Made by a program: the position numbers and the translations under genes. From positions 34,908,001-34,972,000 of the forward strand of contig NC_086109.1 of NCBI RefSeq assembly GCF_963921235.1: a stretch of DNA of 64,000 nt, in the 5' to 3' direction. Source of the stretch: Mobula hypostoma (lineage: Eukaryota). Positions 1 through 12,635 of the stretch are shown piece by piece; position 1 is the first letter of the stretch, and each line of letters starts with the position of its first letter. The notes beneath the pieces are model-generated. The model saw only the letters and a list, made by a program, of their open reading frames with translations, was not told the DNA's origin and did no database searches.

Positions 1-6
1 TGCTCT

Positions 7-201
7 GTGGATCCTCATCTTTTAGACCTCAGGAGGAAATCTGTCTTCATTGTTCCCATCACTTTAATTCTTCATCCTCTCTGTGATCTCCTTCTGCGTT
101 GTAATGACATCCAACATTGCACTGAGGAACAGCATTTCATCTTCTCTCTGGGCACACTACAGCCTTCTGGACTCAATTTTCAAAGTTACAGATTCCAATA
201 A
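7..201 (+). mobile_element. Penelope-like element, decayed 3' end of ORF
   Basis: Translation EEQHFIFSLGTLQPSGLN matches the C-terminal motif of the PLE at ~57450-57525 (EE.HLIFHLGSLQPDG). Confidence 0.6.
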
Positions 202-300
202 TTAGCTTTCTCTGTATCATAATGTGCCAGGTCACCCCATCCGCGATATTGTTGTGGTTTTTCTTTCATTACCTTAGTTCTACCTGCAGCACTGTGTTTG

Positions 301-503
301 TTGTTGTTCCTTTCCATACCTTATGACGCATCGGGTGACAACCTTGCTGTTTCTTCAGCACTTTTGTCTGTTTTTTGAGGCCGAGTTGCTAGCTCAACAC
401 TCAGCCCACCACGGATGGAAGGCGTGTAAGGAGCCGGCCAGATTCAATCCTGGAACCACTTTCCTCGAAGTCTGGTGTGGATGCCTCCACACCACTAGCC
501 AGC
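301..503 (-). mobile_element. tRNA-derived SINE (copy 1)
   Basis: Colinear similarity to 19647-19850. Degenerate A and B boxes on the minus strand and an (AAC)n-like tail. Confidence 0.7.
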
Positions 504-949
504 AACCCGCATTTCAGAACCCTTCATTCCTTTTGACTGTGTTCTCACTTTCCCCTACCCTTTATCTCACAACTTATATGAGCAAAGGTTCATATCCTCC
601 CTCCATAATTGGCCTATTGACCATCTAACCAAATTACTTTATTTGCAATTTGTCCTTGGAATGTCCCCAGCTTCACCGTGTCCTCCCTGCAGCTTCATAC
701 TAACTTGTTTTCTCTCTACCCGAGTTCTCAAGGGACCTACATCTGAAACATAAACTTTGATTGGCTTTCCACTGATCTGGACAAAGTTACATTTAAAATT
801 CCATGCAAACATTATAATTTTATGCAGTTTAGAATTGTGAACATGAATGGAAAATAACGAAACCTCGAATGAAAATAAGCAAAACCCTTACTATAATACC
901 TATCTGTAGGGCAACCAGCTTTGTTACAACTTATTCTCATAGTTACTGA

Positions 950-1275
950 TTGCTTATAAAGAAGATAAATTAGACAGGCTGGGTTTGATTTCTTTGAAGT
1001 GGAGGGTGCTGTTAGAGGCTTTAACAACTATAAAGAACATAGGCAGGAGGAGGCTTCTCTACATTGCAGAGCTATCGGAATTATAGGCCATAGGCTTAGA
1101 GTGAGGGTAAGAGTTTAGAGGAGATCTGAGAAAGGTGTGGAATACACTTGCCAGAGTGGGTCACAACGTTTAAGAAGTACCTACAGTAGATGAACACTTG
1201 AATTGCTAAGACAGGGATAGATAAGGGCCAAGTGCTGTTGAATGGGGTTGGTATAATGGGTAGATTTGGTAACAT
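950..1275 (+). mobile_element. Highly decayed CR1 3' fragment
   Basis: Residual similarity to the CR1 ORF2 C-terminus and 3' UTR of other copies here (ttagacaggctgggtttg, gtttagaggagatctgag). Confidence 0.4.
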
Positions 1276-4200
1276 ACTTCCCTCTCTCATGTTGGTCAGA
1301 TAGGAAGAACAGCAACAAACCAGTGGTGAGCATGCACCTCCACTGTCTCTATCCTTTGTAGGAGGATATGCTGATCATTACTGGATAGGTCATCATAGAG
1401 TAGATCTACAAAACTGAGACTGAGACTACTGGAGATTATGCTATGCTCATAACAAACCGTTTTATCTGATTTTTTCCCAAATCCAGCACACTTCCTTCTG
1501 ATTGCTGAGCTCAGATGGTGTACAGATACTTCTGTAACTTCCCACAATCCAACCATCGCTAAACTTACCATTTAGTCTCCTTTCAAGTAGACAGGCATTT
1601 ACCATATTGCTTTGTAAATCTGTCACCAAAGAGCATTGGGAAGGATGAGATCTTTAGCATTTCTGTCAATTACATTTATGGTTTGACAAAACAAGGGTAA
1701 AGAAACACATTCACAAAAGACGGAAAGTCATAGAACTACAAAGGTTTACATTCTCAGAAAATCAGTTTTTTCCTGTTTTAGTAACACTAGATCTTTCTTG
1801 GTTTTGGAGGACATGTATCAAGGAGTGTAACCTTGTAATCTTAAAAAGCTGATTTAGGGTGACAATACTTTGGCAATTCTGGTCACTTAATTCAATAAAG
1901 AAGCCTGATATTCAAAGTGAATGCAGAGGAAGAAATGTCGGGGGTATGTGTAGCCTGATGTTGTAGGTATGGAGACACTTGTCTTGTGGATCAGTGGTTA
2001 CTATCAGTGTGTAACGGCTGCACATTTGAAAAAAAAAGAAGATTCATTTGTTGTGCAAGATCTTCCATTGGGAAAATAGATTAGTTCAGTTTATTTTATG
2101 GTAATCTGGAGAAGAACCAGATGGACTTCTGGGCATTATCACCAAGCAATAAACCTTGGTACAAGTTACAGTTGTGGGCATTAATTTCAGGTAGGGTTTA
2201 GCTCAACTCTGATGTCACAAATAACTCAACACCTGCTGTCTAAATTCATGAGAGGGATTGATTTTTGTTTGAAGAAACTTATCAATTGCCAATGTCTGTG
2301 AAATAGTGACAAATTAACAATTTATAGTTGTATAATATTTGTAGAGATGTGTTATATTTGTGTTGTTCTTTATAGTTGTTAAAGCCTCTGTCAGCATCCT
2401 CCACTCCAAAGAAATCAAACCCAGCCTATGCAATTCAACAAATTAATAATTTAATGGAGTAAAACTTATCCAAACCTGCATTTTTAATCATTGCTATAAT
2501 GTGAACAGCCCAGATTTGATAATTAATGGTGCTGGTGTATGCCCAGACATCAAAGTGAGATCCTTGACATTTGATATTTGGTCAGTTCATGTGCCAAAGT
2601 TAGATTCACAATATTAAAATATAAAAACACAGAAGTAATTAGCTTCAATATGTGGAAACTATATTTCTGATCATGTTTTACATTATTAATCAATTGGTTG
2701 CTTATTATTATAAAAATAAGCAACAAAAAGTCCTATTCAAAATTGTTTTGTTATTTTGCATTATGTATCTTTGTAAGTATAAATCAAAATGAATCATAAT
2801 AACTAATAGTCTGGAAATTGTAACGGTTAATTTCTGTTTATCAAGAGCAAATCATGCAAAAATCTATTTAACCTTAAGCAGATCGCTTAACAGTTATCCC
2901 TGAGAAAAATGTACATTTTGGTGCTTTATTTGCCTTGGCACAAAATCTGGTATTGGCCATATTAGTATTCCTATCCTTGGAAAAATTATAGCACAAAAGT
3001 GCAACCAGCAATCTTTGGACAGTCTCTGCAAAACATTCCAAAAGGGGCTGTTATACTAAGTTCATTGCAACACATTGTTTTTATTAAAATACAAAGGAAT
3101 AATGTGTGACCAGATAGCTTCAGAACTTCCAATGTGCTATTCAGATTACTTGGGTTTACAGGGTCAATCAAGACTAACAAGCTTTCTCCAGCATTCAGCT
3201 GCTGACGCACTATTCCACAGGTGACTCAGCGATGATGCAATATTTGCAAACATGGTCTGCAGCAAGTCCAGCAGCTGCCACACCAATGTCACAGACTTCC
3301 ACATTAATGGATCTGAATTGTACCTGAAGGGTTCGGGTGTCTCTAGAATCATGTATAGCAACGGAAAATTGAATGAACAAATCAAAAAAAAAATGTAACT
3401 GAACTTTAAAATCAGTAGTGGCTTTACTGTTCCATGATCCTATTGTTTGCTTCACAGTTAAAGTGGTACATTGCAATGTTTCTGGTATGGCTGCAATCTG
3501 GCGACTTGAAGGCTGCACTGAATCTCCTAAGTGTGCACAGAGGTGTTGGTAATCAGTTAGGAAGCAGTTAGCCTTTGCGGGCTAGTTTCAGATTGTAGGA
3601 ATGTCCTGGGAAAGGTGATGAAAGGGCATGGCTGAATCTGCCCCCTGAACAGTCATGGTGAGAGGTGACTTGGGCAGGGGGGCTGCAGAGTGTTGTGACC
3701 AGTCAATGGACAATGATGCTGTGGTCTGCATTTTGAATGTCCCGCTTTTAACTCAACTTCTAGATCAAAACTAAGTCAGCTGACAGACCCTGAGTGAGGG
3801 GTCCTTAAATCTTCTTGCAGTCATTTGGCTGTGTGACCTGAACCAGACTTTGATCAGGTTTGAACTGCCTGAGTTTGGTGCAGGGTATATTGTTCCTAAT
3901 CCAGGCGAGCAATCCCCTGACCTGCAGCTTCCCTTTGCTCCTGCAGAGCTGTGAGCAGCTCTTGGATTGATTCCTGAATCCACTGACAGGAACAATCTGC
4001 TCGTGAATGGTATCTTTCTACTCGATAAGGACAACAATCTGCTCTCATGGCATAACTCTGTTCAGCGAAAGCACCAAGCTGCTTTCTAGTGAGAGATCAC
4101 TCTGTTCCTGAATAGCTTCAAGCTGACTGCATGTGGCAGTATCCAGACCTCAGACTAGATTAGTGTGAGATTGTATGGAAGCACAGCTATCACAATGGCA

Positions 4201-5164
4201 GGTCCAGTGTGACAGATACATGGCTGAACCCAGGCTAAGGCGTGTATGAACACAAGAGTGGAAGTCTTGGTCGTCTTGCTCCATAGAACCTCCTATGAGA
4301 ATTTCCCTTCTCCTTGTTAATGTCCTGCATTTTATGAGGAAATCCTGACAGTGAGCTATGATTCTCTTTCAGTTCTGTCATGACAGTATCTTGATCACTT
4401 TTTTCTTGATTCTGTAGAATTCCTCCACGGTACCAAACTGCAGTTTATTGATTCCAGATCAGATTAGATGAGATTTACTAATCACATGTACATCAAATGT
4501 ACAGTGAAATGTGTCATTTACGTTTACAACCAACGCGGTCTGAGGATATGCTGGCCACATTGCGGTCCCAACGTGGCATGCCCATTGTGTTCAACAAAAC
4601 AGTGCACAGCCGACGTATAAGAAACAGCAGCAAATCAAAACCTCTTTCCCAGTCAATTGAGCAGTGGCCAATCTGGACTTCGAAAGAATTGAGAGGAGAG
4701 AACTGCAGTCAGGTCCACTGCCTGAGGATAAATGACAACAGCAGAGCAGTAGAGTGAAAAAGAGCTTTGACCGACTGCCATTCGACATTTGGGATTGATT
4801 AGCAAGAGCAAATTTAAGGAAGGCAAGGGTAAGTGCAGCAGCCATCGACACAGTGGCCATCGTCTGAGTGGACAGGGTCAGAATGGTGATCTTGAGGCTT
4901 TAGCTCTTTGAGGCTTCATTGAAGAGAGGTTTCAGTCAGAGAAAGCAAAGGAAAGAAAAGCTCTAGTTTTTTCATTCTCTTCTCTATATCTGCTCAACTC
5001 TGACAGTAGAGATGCCAGGCAGGTTAGTGGAATGCTCCCGTTGTGGGATGTGGGAAAGCAGGGAGATCTCCAGTGTCCCTGATGACTACAGCTGTGAGAA
5101 GTGCATCCAGCTGCAGTTTCTAACAAACCGCGTTAAAGAGTTGGAACCGGAACTGGTTGAATCC

Positions 5165-6189
5165 GCCCTGCTCCGCTGGGGGAGAAGCTGACAGCGATGC
5201 ATGTGGATGCTTTCCTGGTGTCATGGACTCTTGATTACCTGACTGGCAGACCACAGTACGTGTGCTTGCAACACTGTGTGTCTGACAGAGTGATCAGCAG
5301 CACTGGGGCTCAACTACTGCACAAAGTCTTGCTATCTTCAAAAGTTTTCTGATGACTCTGCCATAGTTGGATGCATCAGCAAGGGAGATGAGGCTGAGTA
5401 CAGGGCTATGTTAGGAAACTTTGTCGCGTGGTGTGAGCAGAATTATCTGCAGCTTAATGTGAAAAAGACTAAGGAGCTGGTGGTAGACCTGAGGAGAGCT
5501 AAGGCACTGGTGACCCCTGTTTCCATCCAGGGGGTCAGTGTGAACATGGTGAAGAATTACAAATACCTGGGGATATGAATTGACAATAAACTGGACTGGT
5601 CAAAGAACACTGAGGCTCTCTACAAGAAGGGTCAGAGCCGTCTCTATTTCCTGAGGAGACTGAGGTCCTTTAACATCTGTCGGACGATGCTGAGGATGTT
5701 CTACGAGTCTGTGGTGGCCAGTGCTATCATGTTTGCTGTTGTGTGCTGGGGCAGCAGGCTGAGACACCAACAGAATCAACAAACTCATTCGTAAGGCCAG
5801 TGATGTTGTGGGGATGGAACTGGACTCTCTCACGATGGTGTCTGAAAAGAGGATGCTGTCCAAGTTGCATGCCATCTTGGTCAATGTCTCCCATCCACTA
5901 CATAATGTACTGGGTGGGCACAGGAGTACATTCGGCCACAGACTCATTCCATTGAGATGCAACACAGAGCATCATAGAAAGTCATTCCTGCCTGTGGCCA
6001 TCAAACTTTACAACTCCTCCCTTAGAGGATCAGACATCCTGAGCCAATAGGCTGGTCCTGGACCTATTTCCAGGCATAATTTACATATTACTATTTAATT
6101 ATTTATGTTTTATTACTATCTAATTATTTATGGTGCAACTGTAATGAAAACCAGTTTCCCCTGGGATCAACAAGGTATGACTATGACTA
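5165..6189 (+). mobile_element. Rex1/Babar-type LINE, 5' truncated, inserted in CR1 ORF1
   Basis: RT motifs DYLTGRPQYV and KFSDDSAIVG, C-terminal SHPLH...RKSFLPVAIKLYN, (TATGAC)n tail. The PQG segment is deleted near 5310. Confidence 0.85.
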
Positions 6190-7106
6190 ATTCCAGATCA
6201 CTCAGGAGGCAGTGAGCTGACAGTTAGGATGTATAGAGAGATAGCTACACCCAAAGTGCAGGATACAGGACACTGGGTGACAGTTAGGAAGGGGAAAGGG
6301 GTTAAGAAGTCAGTGCAAAGTATCCCTGTGGCCATCCCCCAATAACAAAAGCGATATCACTTTGGATACTGTTGGGAGGGGGAATGACTTAACAGAGGAA
6401 AGTCACAGTAGTCAAGTCTCTAGCATTGAGTCTGCCTCTGTGACTAAGATGGGGAGGGGGAGAAAAGGCTTGATGTAGTGATAGGGGATTCATTACTTAA
6501 GGGAACAGACAGGAGGTTGTGTAGACGGGAATGAGGTATGTTGCCTCCTAGGTGACAGAGTCCAGGATATCTCAGACTGAGTACTCAGCATTCTTAAGTG
6601 ACAGCCAGAAGTCGTGTACCACGTAGGTACCAATGACATGGGTAGGATGATTGACGAGGTTCTGCATAAGGAACTCAGGGAGTTAGGTGCTAAATTAAAG
6701 GGCAGGACCTCCAGGGTTGTGATCTCAGGATTGCTACCCATTCCACATGCCAGTGAAGCCAGAACGAGGAAGACTATACAGTTTAATATGTGGCTAAGGA
6801 GTTGGTGTAGAAAGAAGGGTATAAAATTTTTGGATCATTAGGCTCTCTTCCAGGGAAGGTGGAATGTGTACAGAAGGGATGGTTGGCACCTGAACTGAAG
6901 GGGGCTAGTATCCTGGTGGGAAGGTTTGTTAATGCTGCCGTTAGAGTTTAAACGAGAGTTGCAGGGGAATGGGAACCAGAGTGCCTGAACAGTTAGTGGA
7001 GGGGTTATGGAGGCAGATGTCGGTAAGACCTCAGACAAAGATAGGAATCAAAAGGTAGAATATAGTGCTACTGTTGCCCTGAGCTGCGTATATTTCAATG
7101 CAAGGA

Positions 7107-8123
7107 TGTCATATGGAGGTGGCTGGGAACGGACCCAAGTACAAGACATAGACACTGAAGTACTAGGGACAGGACATGGACACGTAAATCAGGAACCCGG
7201 AACAGGACTGGACAAGAGAGCTAGGAGCCTGGGCTTGGACTCTGGGCCAGAGACTGGACAAGGACCCAGTACCTGGGTCTTGCCTCTGGCTCGGACCCCA
7301 AAACTAGGCAAGGATGAGGCTTGGCTGGCAGGCAGGACGAGGCTGGAATCTTAGAGACTTGAGGCGAGGCTTGGCAGGAGACAGGAGACTTGAAGCACGG
7401 CTTGAGGCTAGAGGCTAGAGACCTGAGGCGAAGCTTGGCAGGAAGCTGGAGTCTTCAGGCTTGAGGCTTGGCTGGAGGCTGGAGTCTTCAGGCTTGAGGC
7501 CAGAGGCGAGGCTTGACAGGAGGCTGGAGGCTAGAGGCTCCTCCTGGGCAGGACGCGGTACTCCTGTGCAGGGCGCGGATCACCACCCGACAGAGGCAAG
7601 AGACAGGAAGGAACAGAACCAACTGCAGGTAACGGCAAGACGGCCTGGTTTACCCGACGGAGGCAAGGGTTAGGAAGGGACCGAACCAACCGCAGGTAAC
7701 GGCAAGACAGCCTGGTTTATCTGGGCAGAGGCAAGGGTCAGGAAGGGAGCTGGGTACTTCGTGGCTCCAGGACAAGACTGCAGGCGAGATGAGGCGAGAG
7801 TTACCAGCAAGACAAGGCAAGGCTTCAGGCAATGCAAGGTGAGACGAGAACTTCAGGTGAGGGAGAGTTACCGGCAAGACAAGGCAGGGCTTCAGGCAAG
7901 GAAACAGAAGGCAGAGGAAGGGATATGAGGAGTAAGGACAAGAACAATCCAGCAGCCACGCCCTGGTCTCTGAAGGTATTTATGCAGCCAGCCCCAATGA
8001 GCATCAGCTGCCTCAGTTAGAGCTCAACAAGAACAGAAACAGGGTAGACAGGAAAACCTGGAGCAAAGGTCGATGGACCGGACCATGAACCGGAATACGG
8101 ACTTCACCGACCGGACCATAACA
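7107..8123 (-). repeat. 3' LTR (1017 bp)
   Basis: Direct repeat of 8283-9535. Preceded on the minus strand by the purine tract AGAGGAGGGA. Confidence 0.9.
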
Positions 8124-8270
8124 GTATCCCTCCTCTACGGGAGCCTCCTGGCGACCAAATAGGGTATCCAGACTGTGGACGACCCGGGCGGGCGGGAGGA
8201 TATTTAACAGAAAGGAACCCTGGGTGGCAAGAGGAAAATAACAGTGTCTGTGTCGCTGGGTCCATGGTTG

Positions 8271-8282
8271 GTTGGATCATTC
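8271..8282 (-). promoter_or_regulatory. Putative self-priming primer-binding site (PBS)
   Basis: GAATGATCCAAC directly follows the 5' LTR, lacks the TGG of a tRNA PBS, and is complementary (11/12 with G-U) to GCTGGATTGTTC at 9354-9365. Confidence 0.75.
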
Positions 8283-9535
8283 TGTCATAAGGAGGTGGCT
8301 AGGGATGGACCCAAATGCAAGACACAGACACTGAAGTACTAGGGACAGGACTAGGATACAGGGTGAGGGCAAGGACCTGGACATGTAAACCGGGAACCCG
8401 GAACAGGACTGGACAAGAGAGCTAGGAGCCCGGGCTTGGACTCTGAGCCAGAGACTGGACAAGGACTCAGTACCTGGGTCTTGCCTCTGGCTCGGACCCC
8501 AGAACTAGGCAAGGATGAGGCTTGGCTGGCAGGCAGGACGAGGCTGGAGTCTTAGAGACTTGAGGCGAGGCTTGGCAGGAGGCAGGAGACTTGAGGCGAG
8601 GCTTGGCTGGAGGCAGGAGACTTGAGTCGAGGCTTGGCAGGAGGCAGGAGACTTGAGGCGAGGCTTGGCAGGAGGCAGGAGACTTGAGGTGAGGCTTGGC
8701 AGGAGGCAGGTGACTGGAGTCTTCAGGCTTGAGGCTTGGTGGGAGGCTGGAGTCTTCAGGCTTGAGGCTAGGCAGGAGGCTGGAGTCTTCAGGCTTGAGG
8801 CTTGGCAGGAGGTTGGAGTCTTCAGGCTTGAGGCTAGGCAGGGGTCTGGAGTCTTCAGGCTTGAGGCTAGGCAGGAGTCTGGAGTCTTCAGGCTTGAGGC
8901 TAGGCAGGAGGCTGGAGTCTTCAGGCTTGAGGCTAGGCAGGAGGCTGCAGTCTTCAGGTTTGAGGCTAGAGACCAGAGGCAAGGCTTGGCAGGATGCTGG
9001 AGGCTAGAGGCTTGGCTGTAGGCTGGAGGCTAGAGGCTCCTCCTGGGCAGGGCGCAGATCACCACCCGACAGAGGCAAGGGACAGGAAGGGACAGAACCA
9101 ACCGCAGGTAACGGTAAGACGGCCTGGCTTACCTGGGCGGAGACAAGGGACAGGAAGGGAGCTAGGTACTGCGTGGCTCCAGGACAAGACTGCAGGCGAG
9201 ACGAGGCGAGAGTTACCAGCAAGACAAGGCAAGGCTTCAGGCAATGCAAGGTGAGACGAGAACTTCAGGTGAGGGAGAGTTACCGGCCAGACAAGGCAGG
9301 GCTTCAGACGAGGAAACAGAAGGCAGAGGAAGGGATACAAGGAGTAAGGACAAGAACAATCCAGCAGCCACGCCCTGGTCTCAGAAGGTGTTTATGCAGC
9401 CAGCCCCAATGAGCATCAGCTGCCTCAGTTAGAGCTCAACAAGAACAGAAACAGGGTAGACAGGAAAACCTGGAGCAAGGGTCGATGGACTGGACTGTGA
9501 ACCGGAATACGGTCTTCACGGACCGGACCATGACA
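8283..9535 (-). repeat. 5' LTR (1253 bp)
   Basis: Direct repeat of 7107-8123. Bounded by TGTCAT...ATGACA. Confidence 0.9.
8555..8968. repeat. Minisatellite inside LTR: 5 x 31-bp then 8 x 33-bp units
   Basis: Units gagacttgaggcgaggcttggcaggaggcag and gaggctggagtcttcaggcttgaggctaggcag. This explains the PSLKPED repeat ORF at 8467-8982. Confidence 0.95.
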
Positions 9536-9556
9536 AAGGAGTATCATAGGAAAGGT

Positions 9557-12184
9557 GAGTAATAGTGCTGAAGATGAGGTAGCCGGTTTACAAGCAGAGG
9601 CACTGTGTAGTGAGAAGGGCAAAACTGCAGTCAACAGGAAGAGTTGCAATATAACAGGTGGACAAAATTGAAAAGTTTGAAAACAGAACTGAAGGTGTTG
9701 TATCTGAATGCACACAGTATACAGAATAAGGTGGATGAACTTGCAGCACAGTTACAAATTGGCAGGTATAATATTGTAGACATCACTGAATCATTGCTGA
9801 AATATTATAGCTGGGAACTTAATCTCCAAGTATACATGTTTTATCAAAAGGACAGGCAAGAAGGCAGAGGGGTCGGTGTTGCTCTGCTGGTAAAAAATGA
9901 AATTAAATCATTAAAAAGAAGTGACATAGGGTCGGAAGATGTTGGGTTATTGTGGATAAAGGTAAGGAACTACAAGGGTAAAAAGACCTTGACAGGAGTT
10001 GTATACAGACTCCCAAACAGAAGTAAGGACGAGGCCACAAATTACAATGGGAGATAGAAAATGCATGTCAAAAGTGCAGTGTTACAATAGTCAAAGGGGA
10101 CTTCCGAATGCAGGTAGATTGGGAAAATCAGGTGGTTCTGGATTCCAGGAGGGGTAATTTATAGAGATGCCCTTTTAGAACAGCTTGTGGTTGAGCCCAC
10201 TAGAGGATTGGCTATTCTGGAATGGGTGTTGTGCAATGAAGTAGATCCATTAAGGTAAAAGAACTTTTAAGGGAAAGTAATCATTATATGATCTAATTCA
10301 CCCTGAAATTTGAGAAGGAGCATATAAAGTCTGATGTATCAGTATTACCATGGAGTAAATGGAATTACAGAAGCATGAGAGAGGTGTTGGCCAGAACTGA
10401 TTGGAAAAGAACACTGGCAGGATAATGGCAGAGTAGCAATGGTGGAATTTCTGGAAGCAATTCGGAAGGCACAGAATATATACATCCCAAAGAGGAAGAA
10501 GTATTCTAAAGGAAAGATGACTCAACTGTGGCTTATAAGAAAAATCAAAGCCAACATAAAAATCAAAGGGAGATCATATAATAGAGGAAAAATTAGTGGG
10601 AAGCTAGAGGATTGGGAAACTTTTAAAAATCACCAGAAGGCAACTAAAAAGTCATTAAGAAGCTAAAGGTGGAATACAAAAGTAAGCTAGACAATAGCAT
10701 TAAAAGGGTGCCAAAAGTTTCTTCAGATACATAAAATGTAAAAGAGGGGTGAGAGTGAATATCAGACCACTGGGAAATGATGCTAGAGAGGTAGTAATGG
10801 GGGACAATGAAATGGCAGACCAACTGAATAAGTATTTTACATCAGTCTTCACTATGGAAGACACTAGCAATACGGTGAAAGTTCTAGGTGTTAAGGTTCA
10901 TTAAGTGTGTAAAGTTACCATAACTAGAGAGAAAGTTTTTTGGAAGCTGAAAGGTCTGATGGTAGATAAATCACCTGGACCAGATCATTTACACCACAGA
11001 GTTCTGAAAGAGATGTCTGGAATGATTCCACAAGACCGGAAAATTTCAAATGTCACTCCACTCTTCAATAAGGGAGAGAGGCAGAAGAAAGAAAATTATA
11101 GGCCAGTTAGTCTGACCTCAGTGGTTGGGAAGATGTTGGAGTTGATTATTAAGGATGAAGTCTCAGGGTATTTTGAGGCACATGGGAAAAACTCTCCTGA
11201 CAAATCTGTTGGAATTCTTTGAAGAAATAACAAGCAAGATAGACAAAGGAGAATCAGTTGATTTTGCATACTTGGATTTTCAGAAGGCCTTTGACAAGGT
11301 GCTGCACGTGATGCTGCTTAACAAGCTACAAACCCAGGATATTACAAGAGGGATCCTAGCATGGATAAAACTTTGGCTGATTGGCAGGAGGCAAAGAGTA
11401 GAATAAAGGAAACCTTTTCGGGCTGGCTGCCAGTGACTATTGGTGTTCCACAGGGGACTATTTTGGGACTGATTCTTTTTACGTTACCTGTCAGTAATTT
11501 GGATGATGGAATTGAAGGCTTTTTTTCAAAGTTTGCAAATGATATGAAGAAAGGTGGAGGGGCAGGTAGTTTTGAAGAAGTAGAGAGGCTACAGAACAAC
11601 TTAGACAGAATCGCAGAATGGGCAAAGAAATAACAGATGGAATACAGTGTCGGGAAGTATATGGTCATGCACTTTAGTAGAAGAAACAAAAGGGTTGACT
11701 ATTTTCTACATGGAGAGAAAATACAAAAAATTGGTGTGCAAAGGGACTTATGAAGAGCGTTTGATGGCTCTGGGCCTGTATTTGATGGAATTCAGAAGAA
11801 GGAGGGGTTAACCTCATTGAAACCTATTGAATGGTGAAAGGCCCTGATAGAGTGGAGGTCGAGAGGATGTTTCCTATGGTGGGAGAGTCTAAGACCAGAG
11901 CACAAAGCCTCAGAATAGAGGGGCATCCTTTTAGAATGGAGATGAGTAGGAATTTCTTCAGCCAGAGAGTGGTGAATCTGTTGAGTTCTTTGCCACAGGC
12001 TGCGGTGGAGGCCAAGTCTTTATGTGTATTTAAGGCAGTGATTGATAGATTCTTGATTGATCATCCCATGAAGGGATATGGGGAGAAGGCAGGAGATTGG
12101 TGCTGAAAGGAAAATTGGATCTGCTATGATGAAACAATAGAGCAGACTCAATGGGCCAAATGGCTTAATTCTGCTCCTATATCT
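9557..12184 (+). mobile_element. CR1 LINE, second subfamily, decayed ORF2 (APE + RT) and 3' tail
   Basis: LKVLYLNAHSI endonuclease start, ENYRPVSLTSVVGK, YLDFQKAFDKV, GVPQG, KFAND; CR1 3' tail atgggccaaatggc...ctcctatatct. Many stops and deletions. Confidence 0.92.
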
Positions 12185-12209
12185 CACACACACACACACA
12201 CACACACAC
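12185..12209. repeat. (CA)n microsatellite
   Basis: Direct reading. Confidence 0.98.
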
Positions 12210-12635
12210 CATTCCAGTCTAGACCAAAGACATATTATTGTATTCATTGCACCATCATCACTGCTTTTCTCTATGACTTCTTCCTCCAATGCCATATACT
12301 ACTCCTCCTACTCCCTTCTCATTGGGAATGAAGATTGTTTCAATGCAAGGAAACACCCCACCTATGCAACATCCAGTTAAACGCATAGATATTGTTCTCT
12401 GAAGTGGAACCCTCTGAGTTGCAAAAATGTGCAGCAAGAGGAATGGAGATAGTTTCAAGAAGTCAACAACAGTCATGCAAAAGACTTGTCACCATTAATT
12501 AGTGTGAGTCTCACATGAGACAGACGCTTGGCATAAAAAGGAATGTTGATTGGTAGCATTTTAGGAATTAAACCATATGTTCTGTTTTCTGTATTACAAA
12601 ATATTCATAATGGACATGCTTTAATAAAAACTCCA

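Larger units (their letters stand above)
7107..9535 (-). mobile_element. Non-autonomous two-LTR retroelement (Tf1/sushi-like Gypsy derivative) with 159-bp internal region
   Basis: TG...CA termini, perfect 5-bp TSD AAGGA (7102-7106 and 9536-9540), direct LTRs at 7107-8123 and 8283-9535, PPT next to 8124, gag-like start MDPA on the minus strand. Confidence 0.9.
4790..9556 (+). mobile_element. CR1 LINE 5' part (5' UTR, ORF1, start of ORF2), interrupted by Rex1 and an LTR element
   Basis: ORF1 starts at ATG 5012 (MPGRLVECSRCGMWE...YSCEKCIQLQ, zinc finger then coiled coil) and resumes after 6190 with SGNH esterase motifs (VIGDS, HVGTND). The ORF2 start LSCVYFNAR/SIIGK is split at 7106/9541. Confidence 0.85.

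Noticed and set aside
8555..8968. 31/33-bp repeats as a CRISPR array, or ORFs 8467-8982 and 8653-9021 as repeat proteins
   Set aside because: Units are head-to-tail with no unique spacers, lie inside an LTR and have no cas genes nearby. The ORFs arise because the stop-poor unit is a multiple of 3.
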